Source: Octopus sinensis (lineage: Eukaryota). From it: DNA of 64,000 bases. Position numbers and translations under genes: made by a program. Positions 25,073-39,722 of this stretch are shown here, one piece after another. Location of the stretch: positions 16,368,001 to 16,432,000 of the forward strand of contig NC_043012.1 of NCBI RefSeq assembly GCF_006345805.1. The letters are read 5' to 3'. Each line of letters starts with the position of its first letter. Position 1 is the stretch's first letter. Below the pieces are notes generated by a model that was not told where the DNA came from, made no database searches, and saw only the letters and a list, made by a program, of their open reading frames with translations.

Positions 25073-26759
25073 ATTTTCGATCTAAAAATATCAATATTTT
25101 AAAATATAATTTAAAATAATTTATAATAATAAAATAATAAAATTATCAATGAAAGAATATAAAAAAATAAAAATATAATCTATATATAATCTATATATAA
25201 TCTATATATAATCAATATATAATCTAAAATAATCTAAAATAAACCCTATAAACAATTGAATATAAAAACCTATTATAAAAGTTCTCATATTTAAAAATGC
25301 ACAAAAACCAAAAAACAACAAGCAAAAACCAAAAACCAAAAAACAAAAAACAAAAAACAAAAAATAAACTATATATACACACACATGCTCATACCCTCAA
25401 CACATTACTTATTCATACTTCCTCACACACACATACAACACTCAATTCATAAACAATATACATATACCCGCTCACACATACATATACATACACATACATA
25501 CAGAACACGATATATACCAATATATAAACACCCACACCCATACAGATAAATAAATTACGCAAACAATCACACACACACACACACACACATTCACACATAC
25601 ATAAACACTCAAAAGAAAACCGAACAATTCTTTGCACGTGGATATCAAACGTTTTAAAAAAATTTATGAATGGAAATGAAATCCATACATACAAGTATAA
25701 ATATAACTATACAACCCCTAACACAATACACACAAATACACACACATATATACACACACCCACAAACTTAACCATATACACACTCACACATACATATACA
25801 TACGTACAAGTCTCGATACAAACAAACTTTAATAAAACGACCATGATAAACGAAAACTCATATATATATTAATATATATATAAATAAAAGAGTGTGTACA
25901 CGCAGACGGGTGCAATCAAACGCACATTCAAAACTTACATGTATACAAGTGCATAAATAATCACACCCAATTACATAGCACTCATACACTCCCACATCTA
26001 CACTTACACTTGTACACTCTCACACATACATATACACCCATACCTACATACAAAAATTCTTATTAAAATAATCATGATAAATAAAATCCGTACATACAAG
26101 TATAAATATAAAGATACAACCCCTTACACAATACACACAAATACACACACATATATACACACACCCACAAACATAACCATATACACACTCACACATACAA
26201 ATACATACGTACAAAACTCGATACAATCAAATACGCACACGCACACACATTCACACATACATAAACATACAAAAGAAAACAACATTTCTACACATAATAC
26301 GATATATAAAAAATACTCCATAAGAAATCAGATTATCATAAGTAACAAGATTAACAAAGGAGAAAATTAGACATACCTTCTAATCAGTATCAAATTTTGA
26401 ATGAATAACTCAATCCGTTATTACAATAAACAAAATTACGTTACCATGGAACCGAACATATAAAAATTACTAGCGCGCTACGTAAAACAGCGTCTTTAAA
26501 ATTATGAATGGAATATAAAATTCTTTGCGCGTAGTAAACAAACTTAAATTTAAAAATTATGAATGGATATACAAAACTTTCTACAAATTCTTTAAAAAAA
26601 CCATAAAAAACGAAAACTCATATAGATATTAATATATATATTAATTTTTAAAGTATTTGTAGAAAGTTTTGTATATTCCATTCATATTATGTGTAGAAAT
26701 GTTGTTTTTCTTTTGTATGTTTATGTATGTGTGAATGTGTGTGCGTGTGCGTATTTGCT

Positions 26760-27122
26760 TGTAAAGGGGGAAACAGATAAGGTTTATCCGTGGAAAGAGA
26801 AGCCTACGGAAAAGACCACGGTAGCCTCGGCCAATAATGTCACATGCTAACACATTTATTTGTAAGTAACACTCTGTTTTAAATTTTTCCGGGTTCATAG
26901 GATTATGCTCATTCATACGTGCCATCCTTGCTACATTCACCCATCTTTTTTTGAAACATTCTTGCCTCTCTACTCTCACTTTCCTTTTCAAGTGATACTT
27001 GATGAAGTTGATAAGAGATTGACTAAAGAGGAAAGTGTTGGTCTCTAATCCTTTCAGACGCGTCCACCAGATAGATTATTTCGCCATAGCCACAAGTATG
27101 ATGAAAATGGTCCTTCCTTCTT
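26760..27122 (-). mobile_element. Tx1/L1-clade LINE fragment
   Basis: Homologous to about 62735-63120; the 5' junction abuts (GATA)n. Confidence 0.85.
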
Positions 27123-27164
27123 GATAGATAGATAGATAAATAGATAGATAGGTAAATAGATAGA

Positions 27165-27212
<48 letters not shown>

Positions 27213-27247
27213 TATACAGATAGATTGATAGATGGATAGATAGATAT

Positions 27248-27296
<49 letters not shown>

Positions 27297-29349
27297 CTTG
27301 AGATCATGTAGAGAGTACCTTTGTCACTTTAGTGTATGTGCGTGCGTGTGTGTGTGTGTGCGTGTGCGCGCGCGCGTGCGTGTGCGCGTGATTTTCGCTT
27401 GTGATTGTTTGCATATGTTCATGACATGAACATAAAATGGAGATTCCATTTACAGATTTTCACTGTACCACTAATCGATTGTATTTGAAGGATGCGAATC
27501 TTTTTACTTTGTTCTTTTGCAAAGATTCCCACCATTTCTAGGCTTTTATGCAAATCTGTGGTTACACAGCCAAATGTAAAAGTCATAAGTACAAATTAAA
27601 AAAATCTATTCAACCTGAATATAAGAGCTGTAGCTTTCTCATTAGTTCACCATAACTGTTCTCTTTTCCCCCCAGATGTCAATGAGACATTTACCTCTGT
27701 TGAGCACCTAAACCTCTTGTGGCAAAAGGCCAGGCTGATGGAAACAATCGTTAAATGCAAAATATATGTCAGATCCACTGACTACGAGCAGCACATTTTT
27801 TACGAACCCCACTGCAGTATCCTACCCTTAATGTGGTGCAGTGGCTTGTTTGCCTTAATGACCCACAGAACAATTCCAACAGAGTATAAGTCAAGTTTTT
27901 GGTAAGGCCATCCATGCTGAGCACGTTAAAGGATAGAGAACAGACTATATTGGATCACGTTTTCCCACAAATAAAAATGGCTTTGCGTAGGATCAACATC
28001 ACTAACTAAAAAAAGAAAGTAAAGTTACAGAAATATCGATGACAATTCAAAACCACAAAGACTGGGAAGAGGCAAGAAAGTCAAGAAGAGTGGAGAAAAG
28101 CTCTCGATGTCCTGGGCTCCATAAAGAGTGAAGTTGCTAAGTAACTAACTATGTGTTCTCTTTCTCTTTTAAATTTTGACGGCCACCAGCTTGGTAGCAA
28201 GGTTGTGAAGGAAAGCATCTTGAATCGTTCATTATCCTTTAAAGATTAAGAAGGTCTTGGACCTTTTTATCGTGCCAGATATTGTGATCATTTGTAGTGT
28301 ATGAATTAAGGATTTGCGTCCTCTTCCCCAAGAACCCAAATTCAGGTTCACTTTGCTCCAAACGAGTTGGTACATACGTACAAGCAAGGTAGGCATGCAT
28401 GTGAAAAAGAAAGTTGCTCAGCCTGCTAGAAACAACAAGCAAAGATCAATCAAAGAACACCTTACAACTTTAAAGAAGAAGGATGCCTTTGTTGTCAAGC
28501 TTGTGACAGTGGAGACCTACGGCTTTCTTGGTCCCCGGACTACATCCCTGCTATTCAGAGATGGCTATTCGCAAGTGCGAGCCCCATCAGTCTCTTTCGC
28601 CATCCTCCAGAGCAACGCCTTTCCCATTTTGTCCGCCGGGCCCGCGAAACGTGTATAACCGTTGTCTCTCTTAAGACTACAAATAGGAAAAGCATTTTCC
28701 AACTTATCTATTGATGTTAATATTATATAAGTGCAGAAGACAGAATGGAGGAACGAAAATTCATGTCAAAGACGTACAATTGCAAGAGCAGTACACATGT
28801 CATTTAAATCGGTTCAATATATAAACAATAAAGTAAAAGATGCCATGCAATTTCTTTCTTTCTCTTCACAGCCTTTATTTAATATCAGGTGACTAATTTA
28901 TTTTATCAAATGATAATAATTATCTTCACTTAAATGTGGATGTTCTCTTAGAGCAAACTTTACTGCGGTACACACTTTGCTGCTGTTGATACCATGAGAG
29001 AAACTTGCATAATGGCATTTGGTCCAAAACGCACTTTTTTATTATATCGATAAAGGGGAGATAAAACCTCGCCACGTCCAGCACCGAGGCAACCAGATCG
29101 CTGATTTCGACCTACCTTGGTCCTTTCAATGTTGCTGGAGGCTTATCTCTCCGGTGGCGATACAAACGAGAGAGCATTTTACAGCAAAAAGCTAATACGA
29201 ACGTGTTTCTCGTGATATCTACCGCAGTATAGTTTATTCTGACAGAACATCCACGTTTAAGCGGGGATGGATATTACGTCGCAGGATCAATACTGACTCT
29301 GTCACTAACACATATTTTTCAAATGGTTTTCCCGTTACGTCATTCAATG

Positions 29350-29407
<58 letters not shown>

Positions 29408-29775
29408 CATATATATATACATATATATATATACATATATATATATATGTATGTATGTATGCATGTATGTATGTATGCATGTATGTATGTATATATATTT
29501 ATATATATACCTATATATATATATAGGTATATATATACATATACATATATATATATATGTATATATATATGCATATATACATACATATGTAATATGTATA
29601 TATTGCATATATATATATATATACACGTATATATATACACATATATATATATACACATACATATATATACATATATATGTATATATATATACATAAATAT
29701 GTATATGTATATATACATATATGAGGAATGAACATTAGGTTGATTCCTAATAATATTCTAATATGTATATTTATA

Positions 29776-29810
<35 letters not shown>

Positions 29811-30071
29811 ATATATATATAATGTATGTATGTATGTATGTATTTATGTGTGTGTGTATGTATATATAGCGTGATATCTTTGGATTTAGCATTAGTAAAC
29901 AGACTTGTTTTGAGTTGGAGGTCATAGTCATATATGTGTGTGTATGTGTGTGTGTGTGTGTGTTTATATGTATGCATGCATACATGTATGTATGTCTTTA
30001 TATATGTGTTTGTGTTATATACAATACATACAAATGTACAGATATACATATATACATGCATACAATATATG

Positions 30072-30119
<48 letters not shown>

Positions 30120-30481
30120 TGTGTGTGTGTGCGTGTGTGTGTGTATGTGTGTGTGTGTGCGTGCGTCTATGCACATTTGGTGAGTGAGTAGGTTATTTTA
30201 ATAAACAAGTATTGAATATTCGGCGATGTTACAAATGTGCCATTTTATTTTTAAGTTCTTATATTTCTTTATAAGTTCTTTGCAGTTTTCTTTGCAGTGT
30301 AAAATTCAAAAAAGACCTGGAAACTTTCTTGTTTCCCACCCCCACCACAAAAAATAAACCTGCGAATAAACTCAAAACGAAAGAAGGTTCATAAAGAAAT
30401 ACAAAAGTAGAACACAGTCCTACTTTTCAAGCACCCTGTCCATGTACCTTATATAATGTACACACACACATGTATGAGTAT

Positions 30482-30514
<33 letters not shown>

Positions 30515-30536
30515 ATATATATATATATATAATATA

Positions 30537-30569
<33 letters not shown>

Positions 30570-30615
30570 ATATGAATATACGTGTGTATATGTATATATA
30601 TTTATATAGGTATAT

Positions 30616-30688
<73 letters not shown>

Positions 30689-30754
30689 AAATATATGCAT
30701 ATATATATAAATGCATATATTTATATATATGTATATATCTAAATGTATATATAT

Positions 30755-31106
30755 ATACTTTGATACTTTGATACTTTGATAGGTTTCGGCCATTATTGGC
30801 CCAGGCCATGTCTAACTTAATAGCACCACCTGGTGAAGTCTTTCAAGTCAGAATTTGGGCACTATGGCCCACTCAAGTAGAGAGTTATTGTTTACAGAGA
30901 CATATCCGGGTGTAGGGGGTTTATCCGGGATTTCTTGAAGGAATCTGTCCAAAGACTTCTTGAACCCTATAGGGTCAGTTTCTGTTTTAATGTGTTTTGG
31001 TGTAATGTTAAAGAGAGCGGGGCCAATTGAGGTGAAATAATTGTGCCGTATTGTTGTTATGAGATGAGAGTGCGATTTTTGTTTTGGGCGGATGGCACGG
31101 GGCCCC
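30755..31106 (-). mobile_element. CR1/L2-like LINE 3' end with (CAAAGTAT)n tail
   Basis: RHNYFTSIGPALFNITPKHIK...FKKSLDRFLQEIPDKPPTPGY...NSLLEW; tandem 8-mer tail at 30755-30780. Confidence 0.85.
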
Positions 31107-31379
31107 ATATATATATATGCATGTATGCATATATGTTTGTATATATGCATGTGTAACTTTGTAAGTCTGTATGTGTATTTGTATATAGAGAGTTAGATAG
31201 AGAGACAGATAAATAGAAATATAGATATAAAGATATGGATATAGATAGATATATGTACATATATATATATATACACACATATATATATATGTATATATAG
31301 ATTTATATATATATACGTATTAATGTATATATACATATATATAGATATATATATACGTATTAATGTATATATATATATC

Positions 31380-31411
<32 letters not shown>

Positions 31412-31515
31412 TATACACAATATAAATAATATATATATGCATATACACATACGTATATGTACATACTTCTATCTATAGATATATATATAATACATATATA
31501 TATATATATATATGC

Positions 31516-31887
31516 ATATGTGGACACAGGATGTCACGGAACGTGTACAACAAAAACATACGAAGCACGAGTACATGGAACATGAACTATTCTTTCGAAC
31601 AACGAAAGACACTAATGGAAAACGAAACAAACAACTTAAATAGTGACCCTTCATCAGTGTTTTTCTAGTCTGGTATTTCGAGCATTTAACAACAATATAC
31701 GCGTGTTAAATGCTCGAAATACGAGACTAGAAAAACAGGCCAACAACTGATGATGGTTCGTTCTTTGCGTTGTTCGTTTTGTTTTCCATTTGTGCCTTTC
31801 GTTGTCCGAAAGAATAGTTCATGTTCCATGTACTTGTGCTTCGTATTTTCGGTTGTACACGTTTCGTGACGTCCTGTGCCCACATAT
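31516..31887. repeat. Fold-back (inverted) repeat, ~175-bp arms, embedded in (TA)n
   Basis: ATATGTGGACACAGGATGTCACGGAACGTGTACAAC...GAGCATTTAACA versus TGTTAAATGCTC...GTTGTACACGTTTCGTGACGTCCTGTGCCCACATAT; ~12-nt spacer. Confidence 0.9.
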
Positions 31888-31888
31888 A

Positions 31889-31959
<71 letters not shown>

Positions 31960-32579
31960 CAAGTTTACAGAAAGCAAAAGACGCAAGAATGTATGTATGT
32001 ATGTATGTATGTATGTATGTATGTATGTATCTATGTATGTATAGTTGGTGGGTTTGTTGGTAAGTAGGTAGGTCGGGAGGATGACTAGCAGCTAACAGGA
32101 AACAAGAAAATTCGAGAGAAATGAAAAAAAAAAGAAAAGAAAAGAAAAAAATGTAGAAATCAAAGAGAGAGAGGGAGAGGGAGAGAATCAAGAGTAAATG
32201 AGTGAGAGATAATGTATGTATGTGTGAGTGTGCGTGCGTGTGTGTGTGTGCGTTTGTGATTGTGTAAGTGTGTATGTGAGACTGAGAGAAAAAAATTTTA
32301 AGAGACAGTGTGTGATAAACCGGAAAATAAGTCGATATTTTCCCTTTTTTTTTCTCCACACTCCGACCGCCGCTCTTCTTTGTTGTTCCTGGCGGTTTTT
32401 TCAAATCTAAAAATCTAAAATGGTAATGATATAGTATAATTACCATTGCTGCAAATACACGTGCACGCGTATATGTATGCCTCTGTGTGTGTACATATGT
32501 GTGTGTGTACGAGGGTGAGTGTGTGTCTGTCTTAGTTGTGTGTGTGTGTGTAGGTAAGCATACGCATTCACATATGTAC

Positions 32580-32615
<36 letters not shown>

Positions 32616-32747
32616 CCTGGAAATGGATGCGTAGCGTTCAATCAAATAATAATATAAATAATATATATATATAATATATATATATATGCGTATATATATA
32701 TGTATAATATATATGTGTGTCTGTATATATATATAAATATGCATGTA

Positions 32748-32778
<31 letters not shown>

Positions 32779-32808
32779 ATATATATATAATATATTATTA
32801 TATATATA

Positions 32809-32863
<55 letters not shown>

Positions 32864-33093
32864 GTACAAGACGTCACAAACAGTAAAATTCCCTTCTATC
32901 TTTTCTCTAGGTAAAGAAAATATTTCTCCAACGTTCGGTGTTTTACCCTCGTTCTGGTCTAACGACCCTCCATGCTTGATTTTATTCGCTCCACTGTCCT
33001 GTTTTCCATTTGTTTCTCTCGTTGTTTGCCTATTGAACTCATTTATTTTCGTATTTCATGTTGTTTACTGTTTGTACCCATATATGCATATAC

Positions 33094-33145
<52 letters not shown>

Positions 33146-33339
33146 TGTGTGTGTGTGAGTGTATATATATATATATAATTTATTTCATATTTATATATTT
33201 GTATATACATATACAAATATGTATTATGTATGTATGTATGTATGTATGTATGTATATAAATGTACGTATGGATGTAGACATTTATATATACATATATATA
33301 TATGTGTGTGTGTGTGTGTGTATCTATATATATACATAC

Positions 33340-33383
<44 letters not shown>

Positions 33384-33410
33384 ATATATATGTGTGTGTA
33401 TATACATATA

Positions 33411-33458
<48 letters not shown>

Positions 33459-33543
33459 CGCATACACATAATTATATGCTTGTTTGCTTAGGCTTATGTA
33501 TGCTGCATATAGATAGATATAGATAGATAGATAGATAGATAGA

Positions 33544-34334
33544 TATGTTTCTTTCTTTATTAGCCACCAGGGCTGCACACAGATAGAACAAATTACAAGG
33601 TAGAGCTTCTCTTTTGAAGGTATTAAAAAAAAAAAAAAAAAAAAAAAAGGGAAGGGGAGGTTCGATCAAAAGGGATCGTACAAGGAGAAAGAGGACAAAA
33701 ATAAGGGGGGTTAAAAAAAAAAAAAAAAAAAAAACAGGGGGGGGGAGGAAAAAAATGATCAATAGGGATCGTTATCACAGAAATGTCAATATGAAGTGTA
33801 AAGGGGAGGACAGGTGAGGTTTACCCGTGGAAAGAAAAGCCTGCGGAAAAGACCACGGTAACCTCGGTCAATGAAGTCACATTTTATATTTCTTTTTTTT
33901 TTTTTTTGCAATAAGCAACTCTCTGTTTTCGATTTCTGGGTTCATAGGACTATGCTCAAGGTGGCTTCGTCATTCATACGTGCCATTCTTGCTACATTCA
34001 CCCATCTTTTTAAAACATTCGCTAGACAAAACTTGCCTCTCTACTCTCACTTTCCTTTTCAAGTGGTACTTGAAGAAGTTGATGAGAGATTGACCAGAGA
34101 GGAAGTGTTTGTCTCCAATCCTTTCAGACGCGTCCACCAGATACATTCTTTCGCCTAGCCACAAGATGATGAAAATAGCTCTTCCTTCCCGTTTGAAGGA
34201 AGGAGGCGTGACAATATTGACGATAGACTCAGCTGATAAACCGACTCGTCCCACACGTGACAGCAGTTGTTCGACATAAGCCCACAGGTCGGAAATGGTT
34301 GGAACTGAACGAGTGCGTGCAGAACGGTTTCGTC
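33544..34334 (-). mobile_element. Tx1/L1-clade LINE 3' fragment inserted in (GATA)n
   Basis: Close inverse match to 62585-63318; (GATA)n on both sides. Confidence 0.9.
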
Positions 34335-34360
34335 AGATAGATGATAGATATACAGACGAC

Positions 34361-34426
<66 letters not shown>

Positions 34427-34431
34427 CAGAC

Positions 34432-34494
<63 letters not shown>

Positions 34495-34511
34495 AATAGA
34501 ATAGACAGACA

Positions 34512-34568
<57 letters not shown>

Positions 34569-34590
34569 AGATGATAGACAGACAGACGAC

Positions 34591-34670
<80 letters not shown>

Positions 34671-34771
34671 TAGGATATACAGATAGATAGATAGATAGAT
34701 GAGAATAGATAGATAGATAGATAGATAGACAGACAGATAGATAGATAATAGATAGATAGATAGATAGATAG

Positions 34772-34811
<40 letters not shown>

Positions 34812-34821
34812 GATAGATAGA

Positions 34822-34853
<32 letters not shown>

Positions 34854-34864
34854 TAGATAGATAG

Positions 34865-34925
<61 letters not shown>
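34335..34925. repeat. (GATA)n array, ~590 bp
   Basis: Directly visible. Confidence 0.95.
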
Positions 34926-35734
34926 TGCACGTATACGTACGTACGGACGCTTACAAGCAGGCACACACCCATTCACACATGTACACGTATATAGGGGCAA
35001 ATATAACAGATACATCGATAGACATACAGTCAGACAGACAAGCAGACAGACATACATACAGACAGACAGACTGACAGAGAGATAAACAGACGCTCCAAAA
35101 GAAAGATAGAATTGAAATAAACCCCATCTCCTTACCTATCCCTGGCAGCCCTCAAATTCTAATATCAGATCATCGAATGCCTCAACTTTTCCATCCGACG
35201 CACCAACAGATAGACGAAACAAAGCAATCACATTAGACAAAACAAAGCAATCACATTAATATCGTGTCGTAATTTCCTTTTTATTGTGTCAAAATATTTT
35301 GGGGTTCTTTTTGGTTTTGGATTTTTTTTTTTACGGTTTTTCGCCATTTTTGTTTTTTCTCTGGAAACCTCTTTTATTGAATTCTGCGTTGATTGTTGGC
35401 GTTGTTCAATTAAGAAACGGATCACTTCCAACACCACCACCACCACCACCACCACCACCACCCTTGCAACTATACCAAATCCCCAAACACCATACAATAA
35501 CTCTATTCACGCAACGCTGCACACACACGCACACGCACATACATACACACACGCACGCACACATACACAATACACACACAAACATACACACACGTATATT
35601 CTCGCTCACACACACACACACGATCTCTCTCTCTCTCTCTCTTTCTCTCATAACCTCTCGCTTACACGATTTCCTTGTCTGTCTGTTTCTCTCTCTCTTT
35701 CTCTTTCTCTCTCACTTATTATCTAACTCTGTCA

Positions 35735-35787
<53 letters not shown>

Positions 35788-36180
35788 ATTATCTCTCTTT
35801 CTCACATACACTGATGGCATTAGCACGCCACCATTTACATAATGTATCTTACGTCACCACCTCCACATCCACCACCATATAAAAACTCGTTGAAGAATCG
35901 AGAAGGTAAATCGGAATGTCCTTCCATATGAAGCTTTAAACTATATTTTTCTTGGTCATTTGCGACTTTGTAAATAATTAATGAATTACCAAGCCCGACC
36001 GAATAGAGAAGGTAAGTCGGTGATTTATGGAACGAGATATTCGTACATGTTACTAACACGAAGCTGTACCCGTGACCAACGCATTTGAAGTCTCACTATT
36101 CCACTGCTTCGAGATATAAGTCGAATAGATATGTGGTTCATTGATTTAATGCATTGATTTCAGATATAACCAACCGGAGC

Positions 36181-36582
36181 TCAAGCAGTGCCACTTTGGT
36201 GTGCAGTCAACTTGGTTATTTACACATTAGCGTCTAGTCTAATCCTAGAACCTAATCTTACCTCTAAACCTAAATCCTAACTTAACCCTAACCTTAAAAC
36301 TTAACTCTAACCCTAAACCTTAACTCTAACCCTAAACCTTAGCCTTAACCCTAATGCTAACCCTAAAGTCAAGCCCTAACATTAATTCTAACCCTAACTC
36401 TTAACCATAACCTTAACCCTAACCATGACCCTAAATCATAACCCAACATCATAACACTAACCCTAAACTTAAGCCTAACGCTAACTCTAATGACCCAGAA
36501 CTGGTCATTTCACAGCGTAGGCTATGGATACTGCGATAAACTGCACGCTAAAGCAGACCCGCTACTCCAGCACTGTGCTTGA
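36181..36582. mobile_element. Non-autonomous element with nested inverted repeats around a degenerate (CCCTAA)n tract
   Basis: TCAAGCAGTGC/GCACTGTGCTTGA and CTTTGGTGTGCAGT/ACTGCACGCTAAAG bracket telomere-like hexamers at about 36238-36490. Confidence 0.55.
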
Positions 36583-37745
36583 CCAAAGCACGTTATCTCT
36601 CAACAGCCCAGTGTATGAGGCTGTATGTAAATTGGTGATTTGTTGGTTTGCACGCTGAGTCTGGATCCACAAAAGTTTCGTAGATAAGCAGTGCGTTCAT
36701 ATGCCATGATGACCGAAAACCCTAACGGTCCAGCACGAGACATCCCACAGGGAACCCGTACTCTGCTCGCATATTTATCAGGTTCACTGAGGCAAACAAG
36801 GTGCTACACCGCAACAAGAACAGAACCCTGTGGTAAATTCTCAAAGAAAAGAGGAAATAATTTTATGAAATCAAAAATGAATTTCTTCAATAAATTTACA
36901 TTATCACAGAAAGTACAGTCAGATCTTTTCTTGCAAACAATTGGTAACTATGGACATAAGTTTCGGTATATTTGACGTCGTCAGTATAGTACAACCTACT
37001 GAGGCCTGCTGAGATATTTTTAATATATTATCTTCTACTTGTTTCAATCTTTGGACTGCGGTCATGCTGGGGCACTGCCTTAGAAACTTAGTCGAACTAA
37101 CTGACCTAGTACTTATTCCCTAATTCCCTTTTTACCGAAACGCTTAGTTACGGAAACGCAAACAAAGCAACATCGGTTGTCAAGCAGGTACATAAAAACA
37201 TACACACACACACACAAGACACAGTCACTTGTGTGTGAATGTGTGTGTGTGACGTGTGTGTATGTGTGTGTGAGCTTGCCTTCCATTATACCCCTGCAGT
37301 TGGGACTGAATGAAGGCCACATGTTTGGAAAAATGGTGAGAACTGGGTGAAATGATACAAAGGATCCGAAGGCATGAATTTAGAATAAATTAACAGACGC
37401 TGTATTAGATGCGGAGCGCAATAAATTCTCGATTTATTTAATTTTTTTACTCTAAATTTGAGAAAGAAAACAAAAACCCAATGATGGTTGATAGCAACAG
37501 TGAAAGAACAGAGTAGACAATTTCAAGAATTCGAGAATTATAAACAATTCCACCCGAAGTTCTGCCGCCGCAGTGGGATCGAAATCAGGTTCATCTAACT
37601 GCAAAGCGATTTCTTAACCACATGTATATGTGTAAATGGGAGAATATCAAGAGTTTTGCGGAAAAGGGTTCCATCCAATTGAACAACATTACCATTCATC
37701 CTTCCGCCGAGTCCGTCTTTGTGTGAGTGTTATGAAAGAAATTGT

Positions 37746-38118
37746 GGAGGCGCAATGGCCCAGTGGTTAGGGCAGCGGACTCGCGGTCATAGGATCGCGG
37801 TTTCGATTCCCAGACCGGGCGTTGTGAGTGTTTATTGAGCGAAAACACCTAAAGCTCCACGAGGCTCCGGCAGGGGATGGTGATGATCCCTGCTGTACTC
37901 TTCCACCACAACTTTCTCTCACTCTTACTTCCTGTTTCTGTTGTCCCTGTATTTCAAAGGGCCGGCCTTATCACTCTCTGTGTCACGCTGAATATCCCCG
38001 AGAACTACGTTAAGGGTGCACGTGTCTGTGGAGTGCTCAGCCACTTACACGTTAATTTCACGAGCAGGCTGTTCCGTTGATCGGATCAACCGGAACCCTC
38101 GTCGTCGGAACCGACGAA
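37746..38118 (+). mobile_element. tRNA-headed SINE with family C tail
   Basis: GGAGGCGCAATGGCCCAGTGGTTAGGGCAGCGGACTCGCGG...GGTTTCGATTCC head; tail GGAACCCTCGTCGTCGGAACCGACG. Confidence 0.85.
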
Positions 38119-38171
38119 GTGAGAAAAAAATGAAAGAAATTACCAAGCAGTCACAGGGTTTCGGTTTATAT

Positions 38172-38578
38172 TCTCTTTTACTCTTTTACTTGTTTAAGTC
38201 ATTTGACTGCGGCCATGCTGGAGCACCGCCTTTAGTCGAGCAAATCGACCCCGGGACTTATTCTTTGTAAGCCCAGTACTTATTCTATCGGTCTCTTTTG
38301 CGGAACCGCTAAGTAACGGGGACGTAAACACACCATCATCGGTTGTCAAGCAATGCTAGGGGGACAAACACAGACACACAAACACACACATACATATACA
38401 TATATATACATATATACGACAGGCTTCTTTCAGTTTCCGTCTACCAAATCCACTCACAAGGCTTTGGTCGGCCCGAGGCTATAATAGAAGACACTTGCCC
38501 AAGGTGCCACGCAGTGGGACTGAACCCGGAACCATGCGGTTGGTAAACAAGCTACTTACCACACAGCCACTCCTGCGC
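38172..38578 (-). mobile_element. SINE family A, near full length and little diverged
   Basis: Very close to 1630-2071. Confidence 0.92.
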
Positions 38579-39112
38579 TATATGATTAAAATGCATCGTA
38601 AATATGAATAAAATTATCATAGAATACTTTAATGCCCTCGTTCATAACTGCTACTTGTTTTCATAGATTACAGAGCGATAAAGGTGAAGACGAAATCCCA
38701 GTGATTTAATGTTACCTTTTAAGATACTTGCCCGAGTTTGTGCGTCGTAGCATCGAAACAGAAATAGCTGATTGCGAAACGAACTCGTTACGCATAATAT
38801 CAAGGCTACACACATAGAATGGCCACTGGCTTGGTTCATACTTGAGGTGTTTGACCTAAGACTTAACATAATCCTAGATCTATAATTATATTATCATGTA
38901 ATAATCATATAGATTAGCAACGACGCAATAAAACTAACAAGGGTGTGATACATTAATAAAATTATCCTATGGCAACGTCATTGTCATGTGATAAGAAGCA
39001 GAGCGCTATGTCGTATGTCAGGTCGACGAATATAGTATCGGCTGTGTATGCTTCCAGTTATACTTAGATATCATTACATTTTTAATTAGATCTGCTAATT
39101 TAACTGAGTGTG

Positions 39113-39154
<42 letters not shown>

Positions 39155-39165
39155 GTGCGCGTGTA

Positions 39166-39202
<37 letters not shown>

Positions 39203-39360
39203 CATCGATTCATTGATCCGTCCAAAATCGTTGATCAATGAATAGAGTAAGTTATGATAATAATCTTTCTAACAAAAGCAATTAAAATTCTACCAGCTAA
39301 CTACACATATTTTGATACACACACACACATATATATATATATCTACGTGTGTGTATGTAC

Positions 39361-39424
<64 letters not shown>

Positions 39425-39558
39425 GATATAGTATAACATTTCTTTCGGGAAAAATTTTTTATCAATGGCCAGCATATCAAAAAATGGCTTTAAAGGTAAA
39501 GTTTACACATAATTTACAAAATAAGGGCAAAGAAAAATTCTAATGCCAGATACGCCGA

Positions 39559-39599
<41 letters not shown>

Positions 39600-39666
39600 C
39601 AATAATAAATCTCTGGCATATATATATGTATATATATATATATATATATACATACATACATACATA

Positions 39667-39722
<56 letters not shown>

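Noticed and set aside
36238-36490. True telomere or fusion site
   Set aside because: Short, highly degenerate, single orientation and internal.
37746-37820. tRNA-like cloverleaf (also at 491-555, 11915-11985 and 13483-13550)
   Set aside because: A/B boxes are present, but no proper acceptor stem forms and each continues into a multi-copy body, so these are SINE heads.
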